From Isosphaeraceae bacterium (GTDB lineage Bacteria; Planctomycetota; Planctomycetia; Isosphaerales; Isosphaeraceae), in the NCBI GenBank assembly GCA_965201075.1, contig CBDAVP010000007.1, positions 186,001 through 250,000 on the forward strand: a DNA stretch of 64,000 bases. Direction: 5' to 3'. A program made the translations under genes and the position numbers. Below the pieces are notes generated by a model. It searched no databases, was not told the origin of the DNA, and saw nothing but the letters and a program-made list of their open reading frames with translations. Positions 9,306 to 18,701 of this stretch are shown one piece after another (the first letter of the stretch is position 1; every line of letters begins with the position of its first letter).

Positions 9306-9841
9306 CACCGTCGATCTCCTGGAGTTTGATAGGGCTCAGAGGTTGGTACGACCGGCCGGACAAAAGACTTTTCCGCCGGTGAACGTATTCCTTACGTCCC
9401 GTATCCCGGGAAGGTTTCCCAGGTCCGCGGACATTCGAGGAACCACATCCAATGGTTCGCGTCAAAGTCCCCCGTGATTGACCGGCAATCCTCGCCAGTT
9501 TTGGCAAAAACCATTCCGATGAGCCGCGTCCAACAAAAATCATCCAAACATCAAGCCGCGGAATCTCGTAACGTCACCAGCCTCCGGGCGTCATTCCTGG
9601 AAGCAGTCCAGGGTGTGAAGGATGTCAGCCACCCCACTTCCACGCGGAAGGATGTCGGCCCGGAGGGCGGTTTGACGAATCCCGTCCGGGGCTCCTATGA
9701 TCTGGTCACGGGGCCCGGCGCCCCGCCCCTCACGTCCGCCTCGCCGGTTTCCCTTCCCGCCTTTCCGATCAACTGACCGCTTTCCCGTCGAAGCCGTACC
9801 CAATCTTCGGGGGGCAACCCCCGGCCCGTAGTGAGCCGGCC

Positions 9842-12800
9842 ATGCAGGGCCCCGACCCGTCCCATCCCCCCGAACCGCCCGGACCCGCCGCGCCCCGCCC
9901 GTCGGCCGGTGAAGCGCGGCCCGATGCGAGCGACCGGGGCCACGAACGCCATCGGGAACGGGAACGGGAACGGGAGCGGGAGAGTCACCAGACCATCCGT
10001 TCGGGTTCCGGCAGCGCGACGTCCGACCGCTCTCGCGCCAAACTTCCCGCGATCTTGCCGCAGGCGGGTGACCGACTCGACTTCTTCGAGTTGCAGCGGC
10101 CCATCGGTGCTGGCGGCATGGGAGCGGTCTTCCTTGCCCTGGACATCCGACTGGACCGCTTCGTGGCGCTGAAGGTCCTGCCGCCCGATCAGGCCGCCGA
10201 TCCCGAGGTCATTCAGCGGTTCTATCAGGAGGCGCGCGCCGCCGCCCGCCTCGACCACGAACACATCGCCAGGGTCTTCACGATCGGGCAGGATGGTCCC
10301 TACCACTTCATTGCGTTCGAGTTCATCGAGGGGACGACCCTTCGAGACCGGGTTGACCGGCTAGGGCCCCTCGGCATCACCGAGGCGATCAACCTGACCC
10401 TCCAGATCGCCGAGGCGTTGACGCACGCCTCGGACCGGGGCGTCGTCCATCGCGACATCAAGCCCTCCAACATCGTCATCAACTCCGAAGGGCGGGCCAA
10501 ACTCGTCGACATGGGCCTAGCCCGCCACTTCGAGCGTGGTGGGGACGACGGCCTGACCCAGAGCGGCATGACCCTGGGGACCTTCGACTACATCAGCCCC
10601 GAGCAAGCCCGAGACCCTCGGGACGTGGACGTTCGCAGCGACCTGTACTCCCTGGGTTGCACCCTCTTCCACATCCTGACCGGCCGCCCGCCGTTCCCCG
10701 AGGGAACGGTCCTCCAGAAGCTCCTTCAACACCAGGCCGACGACCCGCCCGACGTCCGCGAGTTGAACCCCGCAGTCCCTCCATCTTTCGCCACCATCCT
10801 TTCCAAGCTGATGGCCAAGGACCGCGACCGCCGCCACCAATCCCCCGAACAACTGAGCCGAGACCTCCTGGTCCTGGCCGCCTCTCTCGGCCTGCGCGCC
10901 GAGCAACCCGAAACCCTGGCCTGGTCCGCTCCCAAGGAGCCGGCCCGCGACTGGCAACGCCACCTTTACTGGGGCTTGCCGGCGATGGCCCTGGCCTCGA
11001 TCGTCGCGGCGCTGTTCTGGTGGACCCCCGACCCCGCCGCGTCCGACGGTTCCTTCGACGTCGTTCCCACTCCACGCCCCTCCCTGGCTACCTCTTCCTC
11101 ACCAGCGACCGCCACAACTTCAAGCTCAACCGCGACTTCAACCACGACTCCCACCCCGATTCCGACAACAGCGCCAGTCGTTGTCCCCGAAGCAGCCCTC
11201 GCGCGGGATGTTCGTCTCCGCGCTCGGGACGACCTGGCCGCTGCACTCGCCTCGGCCCCCAGCGGTTCCAGGCTCATTCTCGTAGAGGATGGCGACTACG
11301 ACCTGCGCCCCGGCCCCACGACCCCGCGACCCCAAGGAGCCGCCCCGTCCCGCCGAGACCTGACCTTACGTGCCGCCCCTGGGGTCCATCCCGTGCTCCG
11401 CTCGACGGGAGGCCGGTCCTCACTGCTGGAATTCGGCCCCGGCCACGTCCTCGTCGAGGGCCTGACACTCGTCCTCGGCTCCAACGACCGCCCCGGGCCG
11501 ATCGCCGCCCTCCGCGCTCTGGACACCGACCTCATCCTCAACCGCTGCACCTTCACCCGCCTTACTGGCCCCAAGCCCGCCGCCGCTTCCTCCGCGATTG
11601 CCCTGGATCTCCACGCCTCCCGAAAAGGCTCGGGCGACCCAACTCCCCTGGTCCGCGCCTCGTCCTGCGTTTTCGGACCCGGACAGGTCGGGGTGGCCAC
11701 CGTCGGCCCCGTTCGCGCCTCCCTAGTTGACTGCTCCTTCGCCGGCGCGAGCCCCGCGTTCGAGACCGAGACGCCCGCCGGAACTGGGCCCGAATCTGCC
11801 CCCGCCGAACTCGACCTCAGTTTCGTCAACCTCCAGGCTGGCGAGGGCCCCGCCTTCTACTCGCTCGGGACGCCGCCGAGAGTCAGAGTGATCGACTCAA
11901 TCCTCGCCCCTTCCAGGGACGCGGCCTCGACGCTGTTCGCCGCCGCCGCCCCCGACCGTCTCGACTGGTGGGGACGCGGGAACCTTTACGGCCGATTCCG
12001 AGGGTATCTCCAGGCGACCCAGGATCTCCCCGGTTCGCCCCCCCCCATCCAGGACTTCGACGCCTGGGCTTCCGATCCCGCCAGCCCTCGGGAGTCGGGT
12101 TCGGCTTCGTCCTCGGGACCGATCTGGGCGGATGGGGAGCCCACGACCGGACCGCGTCTGATCAGTCCATCACTCGTCCCGACAGCGGCCACGACCGTTC
12201 GCCTCGGCCAAACTCCTGGCTCGCGGTCGGGACCCGACGGCCCCCTCGGTCTCGCTCGCTCAAGACCGGCGACCCCCAGCACATCAACAGCCCCGGCCGA
12301 AGCCGTTTCGACCCTCTCGCCACTCCCCGAGCCTCAACTCGTTCCGAAGCGACCCAATGCTCCTCGCCGCACCGACAATGAACACGAGGCCGACGACCCG
12401 CTCAACCCCTGGCCCCGCTTCAACCCCCGAGCCGCCGCCGACCTCCCATCGGCCCAGCCCGAAATCGTCGCCCCAACGCCCGCGACGGATTTGGTGAGAA
12501 CCCCCGCCCAGCTCCAGGAATCGGTGGACCGCCTCGGGCCCGCGCGGGGGGGGACGATCCGGATCTCGCCCGACGCGGAGTTGTCCCTCCCGCCGACCGA
12601 CCTCCCCCCGGGCCGCTGGATCGTCCAGGCCGAGCCTGGTCCCAGACGTCCTCGCCTCCGCCTCCGTCCCGCCAACAACGAGGGGCTCGCGGCCGAAAAC
12701 ACCCCCATCGGCCTGTTTCGGCTCCGTTCCGGATCGCTCCAGATAAAAGGGATCGACTTCCTCATCACCCGAGACGACGGCCCTGGCGCCGACCCCGACC

Positions 12801-13585
12801 GTCGAGCGGCCTTCGTGGTCGCCGCCGGAACCGACCTGGAAGTTCTGGACTCCACCGTGACCGCCAACGGCGACCCGGGCCGAGCGGCCGTCGTGGCGAT
12901 CCCGCCCACCCCCGACGAGCCCGACGACCCCGCCTCACCCTCCGCCACCGTCCGGATTCAGCGTTCCATCCTGCGAGGCAACGGCGACCTCATCGACATC
13001 TCCCCCGGAAGGCGGATCGACCTGGAACTCAAGGACGACGCCCTAGGCGCGGGCGGAGCGCTGGTCCATGCCCACGGGGTTCCGCGAGACCAACCCTCCA
13101 CTCCCTTGAAACTGGTCATTCGCCACGTCACCGCCCGACTCCTCGGCGGCCTGGTCCGTCTGGAAAGCACCCCGGCCGGTCCGCTGTTGCCGGTCGCCGA
13201 AATTTCGGCCTGGGACTCCATCCTCGCCACTGGCGTTGGGACCGAGCCCTTGATCCGGGTCGAGGGCCAGGGGACGCTGGATGAACTTCGAGACCGCGTC
13301 CGCTGGGACGGCCATTCGGTCGTTTACCACCAATTGCGGGTTTACCGACGCGACCAGACTCAACAACTCGGCGAACTCGTCACGCCGTATGACCGCCGAT
13401 CCTGGGAGATGGTCGCCAACGATGACATGGCGGCTCACGGAGACGCCCACTTCGCCCATCCCTGGGCTCCCGAAACGTCGCCCGCCACGCTCAGCCGCGA
13501 CGACGTCCAACTCGACCCCGCCGGAGGCTTGCCTCCAAACACCGGGGTCGACCCCTCCCAGTTACCACCCTCCCCCCCCTCCTGA
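9842..13585 (+). CDS. Membrane Ser/Thr protein kinase with large C-terminal extracytoplasmic region
   Basis: IGAGGMGAV, VALKVL, HRDIKPSN, DMG, GTFDYISPEQ, DLYSLG; TM LYWGLPAMALASIVAALFWW; Thr/Ser/Pro linker. Confidence 0.92.
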   Translation: MQGPDPSHPPEPPGPAAPRPSAGEARPDASDRGHERHRERERERERESHQTIRSGSGSATSDRSRAKLPAILPQAGDRLDFFELQRPIGAGGMGAVFLALDIRLDRFVALKVLPPDQAADPEVIQRFYQEARAAARLDHEHIARVFTIGQDGPYHFIAFEFIEGTTLRDRVDRLGPLGITEAINLTLQIAEALTHASDRGVVHRDIKPSNIVINSEGRAKLVDMGLARHFERGGDDGLTQSGMTLGTFDYISPEQARDPRDVDVRSDLYSLGCTLFHILTGRPPFPEGTVLQKLLQHQADDPPDVRELNPAVPPSFATILSKLMAKDRDRRHQSPEQLSRDLLVLAASLGLRAEQPETLAWSAPKEPARDWQRHLYWGLPAMALASIVAALFWWTPDPAASDGSFDVVPTPRPSLATSSSPATATTSSSTATSTTTPTPIPTTAPVVVPEAALARDVRLRARDDLAAALASAPSGSRLILVEDGDYDLRPGPTTPRPQGAAPSRRDLTLRAAPGVHPVLRSTGGRSSLLEFGPGHVLVEGLTLVLGSNDRPGPIAALRALDTDLILNRCTFTRLTGPKPAAASSAIALDLHASRKGSGDPTPLVRASSCVFGPGQVGVATVGPVRASLVDCSFAGASPAFETETPAGTGPESAPAELDLSFVNLQAGEGPAFYSLGTPPRVRVIDSILAPSRDAASTLFAAAAPDRLDWWGRGNLYGRFRGYLQATQDLPGSPPPIQDFDAWASDPASPRESGSASSSGPIWADGEPTTGPRLISPSLVPTAATTVRLGQTPGSRSGPDGPLGLARSRPATPSTSTAPAEAVSTLSPLPEPQLVPKRPNAPRRTDNEHEADDPLNPWPRFNPRAAADLPSAQPEIVAPTPATDLVRTPAQLQESVDRLGPARGGTIRISPDAELSLPPTDLPPGRWIVQAEPGPRRPRLRLRPANNEGLAAENTPIGLFRLRSGSLQIKGIDFLITRDDGPGADPDRRAAFVVAAGTDLEVLDSTVTANGDPGRAAVVAIPPTPDEPDDPASPSATVRIQRSILRGNGDLIDISPGRRIDLELKDDALGAGGALVHAHGVPRDQPSTPLKLVIRHVTARLLGGLVRLESTPAGPLLPVAEISAWDSILATGVGTEPLIRVEGQGTLDELRDRVRWDGHSVVYHQLRVYRRDQTQQLGELVTPYDRRSWEMVANDDMAAHGDAHFAHPWAPETSPATLSRDDVQLDPAGGLPPNTGVDPSQLPPSPPS

Positions 13586-13633
13586 CCCGAAAAAATCGGA
13601 AGAGGGGGGGCGAAGCCGGAGATACGGTCGCGA

Positions 13634-16369
13634 TCAAGGCCCGGTGGCCGCCGCGATCTTTTCCATCGTCAACTCGCCCGGCTCCTTGGTCCCCTTGCAC
13701 TTGGGATATTTCGAGCAGCCCAGGAAGAAGCCCCGGCGGCCCCGGCGAACCGTCATCGTGCTGCCGCAGTCATCGCAGGTCTCGGCCACGATGATCGTTT
13801 TCAGGTCGGGGCCTGACGCCGCCGCGGGGCTCGCTGGCGCCATCTCGCTCACCTGATCCTTCAACTCGTCGGGAATCGGCGCCGTGGTACGGCACTTGGG
13901 ATAATTCAGGCAGCCCAGGAACGCCCCCCGGCGCCCTTGCTTGATCCCCATCGGCCCTCCGCACTTCTCGCACTTCACATCGACGGTCACCGGCGCGATC
14001 GGTTTCCCCGCGTCGTCCACGGGCATCGTGTTGCGGCATTTGGGGTAGCCAGTACAGCCCAGGAAGGCGCCCCGCGCCCCCTGCCGCAACGCCATCGGCT
14101 TGCCGCACTTGGGACACACGTGCTCGGTCTCGACCACCGAGGGCACGGGCGTTCCGTCCGCCCCGATGTTGAAGGACTCCTTGCACTTCGGGTAGCCCGA
14201 GCACGACAGGAACGGTCCGCGCTTACTTTGCCGCAACATCAGCGGCTTTTCGCACTTGGGGCATTTGAATTCGGTCTCGACCGCCTCGGCCCGCGGCCCG
14301 CCTTCCATTGGCTGAGTGTGCTCGCACTCGGGATACTTCGAACAGCCCAGGAACTGCCCGGTCCGGCCAAACTTGACCAGCATCGGCGAGCCGCACTTCG
14401 CGCAGACCTGGTCCGAGGTGATGACCACCCGCTGCATATTCGTTTCGGCCGCCTTCAAGGCTTCCTGGAATGGGTGGTAAAACTCATCCAGAACCTTGGT
14501 CATCTCTTCCTTGGCCGAAGCGACCTCGTCCAGTTCGTCCTCCATCCTCGCGGTGAACTTCACGTCGAGAATCTTGGGAAAGTGTTCCACCAGCAGGTCG
14601 GTCACGACCATCCCGAGGTCGGTCGCGTAGAACCGTCGCTCCTTCTGCTCGACGTACTTGCGGTCCTGGATCGTCTGAATAATCGGCGCGTAGGTGCTGG
14701 GCCGTCCGATGCTCTCCTTCTCCAGAGCCTTGATGAGCGCCGCTTCGGAATAGCGGGGCGGGGGCTGGGTGAAGTGCTGGGTGGGGTCGAGCTTGTGGAG
14801 GTCCAGCGACTGCCCGACCTCCAGCGTCGGCAGCAGGGCATCTTCCTGCTTTCCGGCGGGCGGCAGGGCCCGTCGGTAGCCGTCGAATTTCAGGATTTTG
14901 CCCTGAGTCTTGAAGATCCCCTCGGCCGCGGCGACCGTCACGTTGGTCACGGCGAAGACTGCCGGAGTCATCTGGCTGGCCACGAATCGCCGGTAAATCA
15001 AGTGATACAGTTTGAACTGGTCGATCGACAGCCGAGAGCGGATGGACTCGGGTGACAGCGACAGATCGGTCGGCCGGACCGCTTCGTGGGCCTCCTGGGC
15101 CATCTTGCCGGCCGCATACTGGTTCGGCTTGGCTGGCAGGTAGCGGTCGCCGTACTCGGCCCGGATCTTGTCGCGGACCGCCGTGAGCGCCTCGTCGGAA
15201 ACCCGCAAGCTATCGGTCCTCATATAGGTGATGAGCCCGACCGGCCCGTCGCTGCCGACGTCGATCCCCTCGTAAAGCTCCTGAGCGATCTTCATCGTCC
15301 GTTTGCCGGCGTATCGCAGGCGAATCGCGGCCTGTTGCTGCAAGGTGCTGGTCTTGAACGGGGCGTCGGCCCGGTCCTGCTTCTCAACCGGCTCGACCGC
15401 GGCGACCGCATAGGGCGCCGAGGCCAAGGCGTCGCGGATCGCTCGCGCTTCCTCCTCGGTCTTGGCGGCGAACTTCGCCCCTTGCCACTCGGAAAGCTCG
15501 GCCTCGAATCGGTCGGCCTCGGCCGTCGAGCCCGCCGGGGCGAGGTCCGCGGTGATCTTCCAGTATTCCTCGGCGACGAAGGCGCGGATCTCCTTTTCCC
15601 GCTCGGCGATCAAACGGGTCGCCACCGACTGCACCCGCCCGGCGCTCAGACCCCGGGCCACCTTCTTCCAGAGGAGGGGACTGACCTGCCAGCCGACGAA
15701 TCGGTCGAGGAATCGCCGGGCCTGCTGGGCGTTGACCCGGTCCATGTCGATCGGGCCGACATGGTTGAACGCGTCCTTCACCGCCTTCTCGGTGATCTCG
15801 AAGAACTGGACCCGGCGGACCCGTTCGTCCGGCAGCGCCAGGGCTTTCTGAAGGTGCCAGGCGATCGCCTCTCCTTCGCGGTCGGGGTCGGTCGCCAGGT
15901 AGACCATGTCCGCCCGCGCCGCTTCCTTCTTCAACTCGTTGATGGTCGACTTTTTCTTGTCGGGCACGACGTAGGTGGCTCGGTAGCCCTTGGTCACGTC
16001 GATCCCCATGTCCTTCCCCTTCTCGGGAAGGTCGCGGACGTGTCCCATGCTCGCCTTGACGACGAATTTCGAGCCCAGAAACTTGGTGATCGACTTGGCC
16101 TTCTTGGGGCTTTCGACGATCACCAGCGACCGGCCGTTGACGCCGGCGACCGTGGACGGGACTTCAAAGTCGCCAGCGGCCGACTTTCGGGCGCGGGGCG
16201 CTGCTTTTTTGGTCGGAGCGGGAGCCGAAGCCAATTCTTCCTCGAAAGTGACCTCGCCTTGGGAGGAACCGGGCTCGAACGGCGGCGCTGACGGCGCGGC
16301 CTTGCGGGCTCTCGGGGCTTTCGGGGCGGCCGGGTCGGTCGCCGCGGGCTTGGCGGACTTGCGGGCCAC
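13634..16369 (-). CDS. topA: DNA topoisomerase I (type IA)
   Basis: LVIVESP, ATDPDREGEAIAWH, SAGRVQS, LITYMRTDS (catalytic Tyr), AQEAHEAVRPT, GRPSTY; five C4 zinc ribbons. Confidence 0.97.
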   Translation of the reverse strand: MARKSAKPAATDPAAPKAPRARKAAPSAPPFEPGSSQGEVTFEEELASAPAPTKKAAPRARKSAAGDFEVPSTVAGVNGRSLVIVESPKKAKSITKFLGSKFVVKASMGHVRDLPEKGKDMGIDVTKGYRATYVVPDKKKSTINELKKEAARADMVYLATDPDREGEAIAWHLQKALALPDERVRRVQFFEITEKAVKDAFNHVGPIDMDRVNAQQARRFLDRFVGWQVSPLLWKKVARGLSAGRVQSVATRLIAEREKEIRAFVAEEYWKITADLAPAGSTAEADRFEAELSEWQGAKFAAKTEEEARAIRDALASAPYAVAAVEPVEKQDRADAPFKTSTLQQQAAIRLRYAGKRTMKIAQELYEGIDVGSDGPVGLITYMRTDSLRVSDEALTAVRDKIRAEYGDRYLPAKPNQYAAGKMAQEAHEAVRPTDLSLSPESIRSRLSIDQFKLYHLIYRRFVASQMTPAVFAVTNVTVAAAEGIFKTQGKILKFDGYRRALPPAGKQEDALLPTLEVGQSLDLHKLDPTQHFTQPPPRYSEAALIKALEKESIGRPSTYAPIIQTIQDRKYVEQKERRFYATDLGMVVTDLLVEHFPKILDVKFTARMEDELDEVASAKEEMTKVLDEFYHPFQEALKAAETNMQRVVITSDQVCAKCGSPMLVKFGRTGQFLGCSKYPECEHTQPMEGGPRAEAVETEFKCPKCEKPLMLRQSKRGPFLSCSGYPKCKESFNIGADGTPVPSVVETEHVCPKCGKPMALRQGARGAFLGCTGYPKCRNTMPVDDAGKPIAPVTVDVKCEKCGGPMGIKQGRRGAFLGCLNYPKCRTTAPIPDELKDQVSEMAPASPAAASGPDLKTIIVAETCDDCGSTMTVRRGRRGFFLGCSKYPKCKGTKEPGELTMEKIAAATGP

Positions 16370-16650
16370 GGTGCGTTCCTATCATTGTCCGCGAGGGCCG
16401 ACCAACGTGTCTTGGCGAGCCGGAACCTCTGCGGTTTGGGCCACTTCGGTCAAACTTCAATGAGCCGGCCGATGGACAGCGTCGGCTCGACGCTCCCCGC
16501 CGGTGATCGAGCCTGGTACAATCCCAGCTCGGTGAAGCGGCGGTGGGAGGCCGCGTCTTTCAATTAGCTAGCGTATCGGGGCCTGTCAAGTGGAGCGGCC
16601 CGCCGGCCCCCGCCGCCGGCCAGGCTTACCCCGGCACCCGTCATTGAGGG

Positions 16651-18633
16651 ATGGACATGCCCTTCGCGGTCTTTCGGCGTCACCAAAAGAAGCTCATCGC
16701 CGTCTTCGGCATCCTGGCGATGATCGCGTTTCTCGTCCCCGCCGGGGTGACGAATCTTCTGGGAGCCCGCAGTGAGGGGACCGACCCCGAGATCGTCAAA
16801 CTCTACGGACGCACCGTCTACCGCAGCGAGGTCGACCTGCTTCGCCAGGAACGGGCCCGGGCCAACCGCTTCTTCCAACAACTCCAGTACGACCTGCGCC
16901 TACAGATGTCCCAGTTCGGACCAAACCCAGAGTTCTTCGGGCCGACGGACACCCGGTCGATTGTTGACGCTTTGGTCCTCCAGCATGAGGCCAAACGGCT
17001 CGGCATGCCGGCCACGCATGAAATCGCCCTTTCCTGGCTAAAGGGGATTGCTGGCGAGCGCTGGAGCCCCACCGTCGCCGCGCTGGCTGTCAGCCAGATG
17101 GCCCGGGGCTCTCAGGGGATCTCCGAGGAGATGATCCTTTCCGACGTCGCCGACCAGTTGCGAATCCTCAAGGTCGCCAGCCTGGCCCTACCCGCCGAAT
17201 TCACTCCGCTGGACGTCTTCGAGTCGTTTCGGGACCGCCATGAAAAGGTGGGCGTTCGCGCCGTTGCCTTCAAGGTCGACGACTTCGTCGCCAAGGTGGC
17301 CGAGCCCACCGAAGTCCAGCTTCGCGAATTTTACGATCGCTACCGCAACGTCCCGCCCGACCCCCACCGCCCGACCCCCGGCTTCCTGATTCCCCGCCGC
17401 GTCCGCGTCGAGTCGGTCTCGCTCGACTCCGACGTTCTCCGCCGCCAGTACGAGGGGAAGACCACCGACGCCGAACTTCAGGCCGCTTTTCAGGAACGTA
17501 AGGCGGAGTTGAGCAAGACCGAACCCTTCTCCGACAAATTGCCGGTCGACCTCTTCGCCGACGACCCCGACGCCCACCAGACCCCGCTGACCCTGGACCA
17601 AGTCAGGGCGAGCCTTCTGAGCGACGTTCTCGAAACCAAGGTACAGGACGAGATGCGCCGCCGTTTCGACGCCGTTCGTGACGTGATGAGTGAATACACC
17701 AAGGTTTACGACGACGCGACACACCCTCCCGAGGCCGACGACGATGCCGACGACGTCCGCGACAAGCCCACCCGGGGAATCACGCCGCCGTCGCCTCCGG
17801 ACATCAAGGCCCTGGCCGCCAAGATCGGGTTGAACCACGACGCCACCCCGCTGCTGACCCGCTCGGCCCTTGCCACTCAGGGAGAGATTGCTCGCGCCAC
17901 CCTGGGCAGCGGCGAAGGTTCCGGCGATCGCGACCTGGCCAGCGAGGTGTTCAACCCCAAGTCGGACCTGTTCACCTCGATTGACCTGGCCGACCGCCTG
18001 GGCCATACCTATCTGGCCTGGAAGCTGGAGGATCAGCCAGCTCGCGTTCCGGAACTGGACGAGATTCGCAAGGAAGTGGTCTCCGCCTGGAAGCGAGAGC
18101 AGGCCCGGCCCCTTGCTCAGAAGGCCGCTGAAGCCCTCGCAGCCGAGGCTCGCCGTCACGACGGGGATCTCAAGGCCGTCGCCGGCGACCATCCGATGAT
18201 TCTCTCCGAGGCTCCCGTTTCCCGGCTGGTGGAAAACCCCGTCCCGTCGTTGTACGGCCCCGCGACCGCCCGCCCCAGCGAGCTTCCCCAGTTCCCCGAG
18301 GCGGGCGACACCCTTCGCGACGCCATTTTCGCTCTGGGCGACAAGTCGGTGGCTGTCGCGGCCGATCAACCTCAGTCGACTTATTACGTCCTGGCCCTCA
18401 ACCAGCGCCTCCGCGCTGAGTTCCGCGACTTCACCGCCCCCAATGCCCTCGGAGAGCGGATGATGCTGGAACGCGACGCCGCCCGAGCCGCCGCCTCCCG
18501 GCGCATCTCCTCGTGGATGTCCGACCTCCGCCGCCGAGCCGGCCTCGCCGCCGACTGGACCCCGCCCGACGAGTCCAAGCTCCAGGGCGAGGACCCCGCC
18601 GAGGAAACCTTGCCCCTGCCCGGCCCTGTCTGA
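16651..18633 (+). CDS. Membrane-anchored periplasmic PpiD/SurA-N-like chaperone (putative)
   Basis: N-terminus FAVFRRHQKKLIAVFGILAMIAF; helical body with PpiD-like segments (PTEVQLREFY, VPELDEIRKEVVSAWK). Confidence 0.6.
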   Translation: MDMPFAVFRRHQKKLIAVFGILAMIAFLVPAGVTNLLGARSEGTDPEIVKLYGRTVYRSEVDLLRQERARANRFFQQLQYDLRLQMSQFGPNPEFFGPTDTRSIVDALVLQHEAKRLGMPATHEIALSWLKGIAGERWSPTVAALAVSQMARGSQGISEEMILSDVADQLRILKVASLALPAEFTPLDVFESFRDRHEKVGVRAVAFKVDDFVAKVAEPTEVQLREFYDRYRNVPPDPHRPTPGFLIPRRVRVESVSLDSDVLRRQYEGKTTDAELQAAFQERKAELSKTEPFSDKLPVDLFADDPDAHQTPLTLDQVRASLLSDVLETKVQDEMRRRFDAVRDVMSEYTKVYDDATHPPEADDDADDVRDKPTRGITPPSPPDIKALAAKIGLNHDATPLLTRSALATQGEIARATLGSGEGSGDRDLASEVFNPKSDLFTSIDLADRLGHTYLAWKLEDQPARVPELDEIRKEVVSAWKREQARPLAQKAAEALAAEARRHDGDLKAVAGDHPMILSEAPVSRLVENPVPSLYGPATARPSELPQFPEAGDTLRDAIFALGDKSVAVAADQPQSTYYVLALNQRLRAEFRDFTAPNALGERMMLERDAARAAASRRISSWMSDLRRRAGLAADWTPPDESKLQGEDPAEETLPLPGPV

Positions 18634-18645
18634 GCCAACCAATCG

Positions 18646-18681
18646 CCCTATTGCCGGTCGACCGCGTCGACCGGCAATGGG
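18646..18681. terminator. Hairpin between convergent genes
   Basis: Perfect 13-bp stem ATTGCCGGTCGAC-cgc-GTCGACCGGCAAT (18650-18678). Confidence 0.7.
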
Positions 18682-18701
18682 TTGGGGCTTTTCCCGAACG
18701 A

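Noticed and set aside
9953..9982. CGGGA(A/G) hexamer run in the kinase gene
   Set aside because: Five imperfect in-frame units encoding RERERERERE; a low-complexity tract, and length change would not shift the frame.
16561..16589. Perfect TTGACA on the minus strand upstream of topA
   Set aside because: No convincing -10 hexamer at 16-18 nt spacing.
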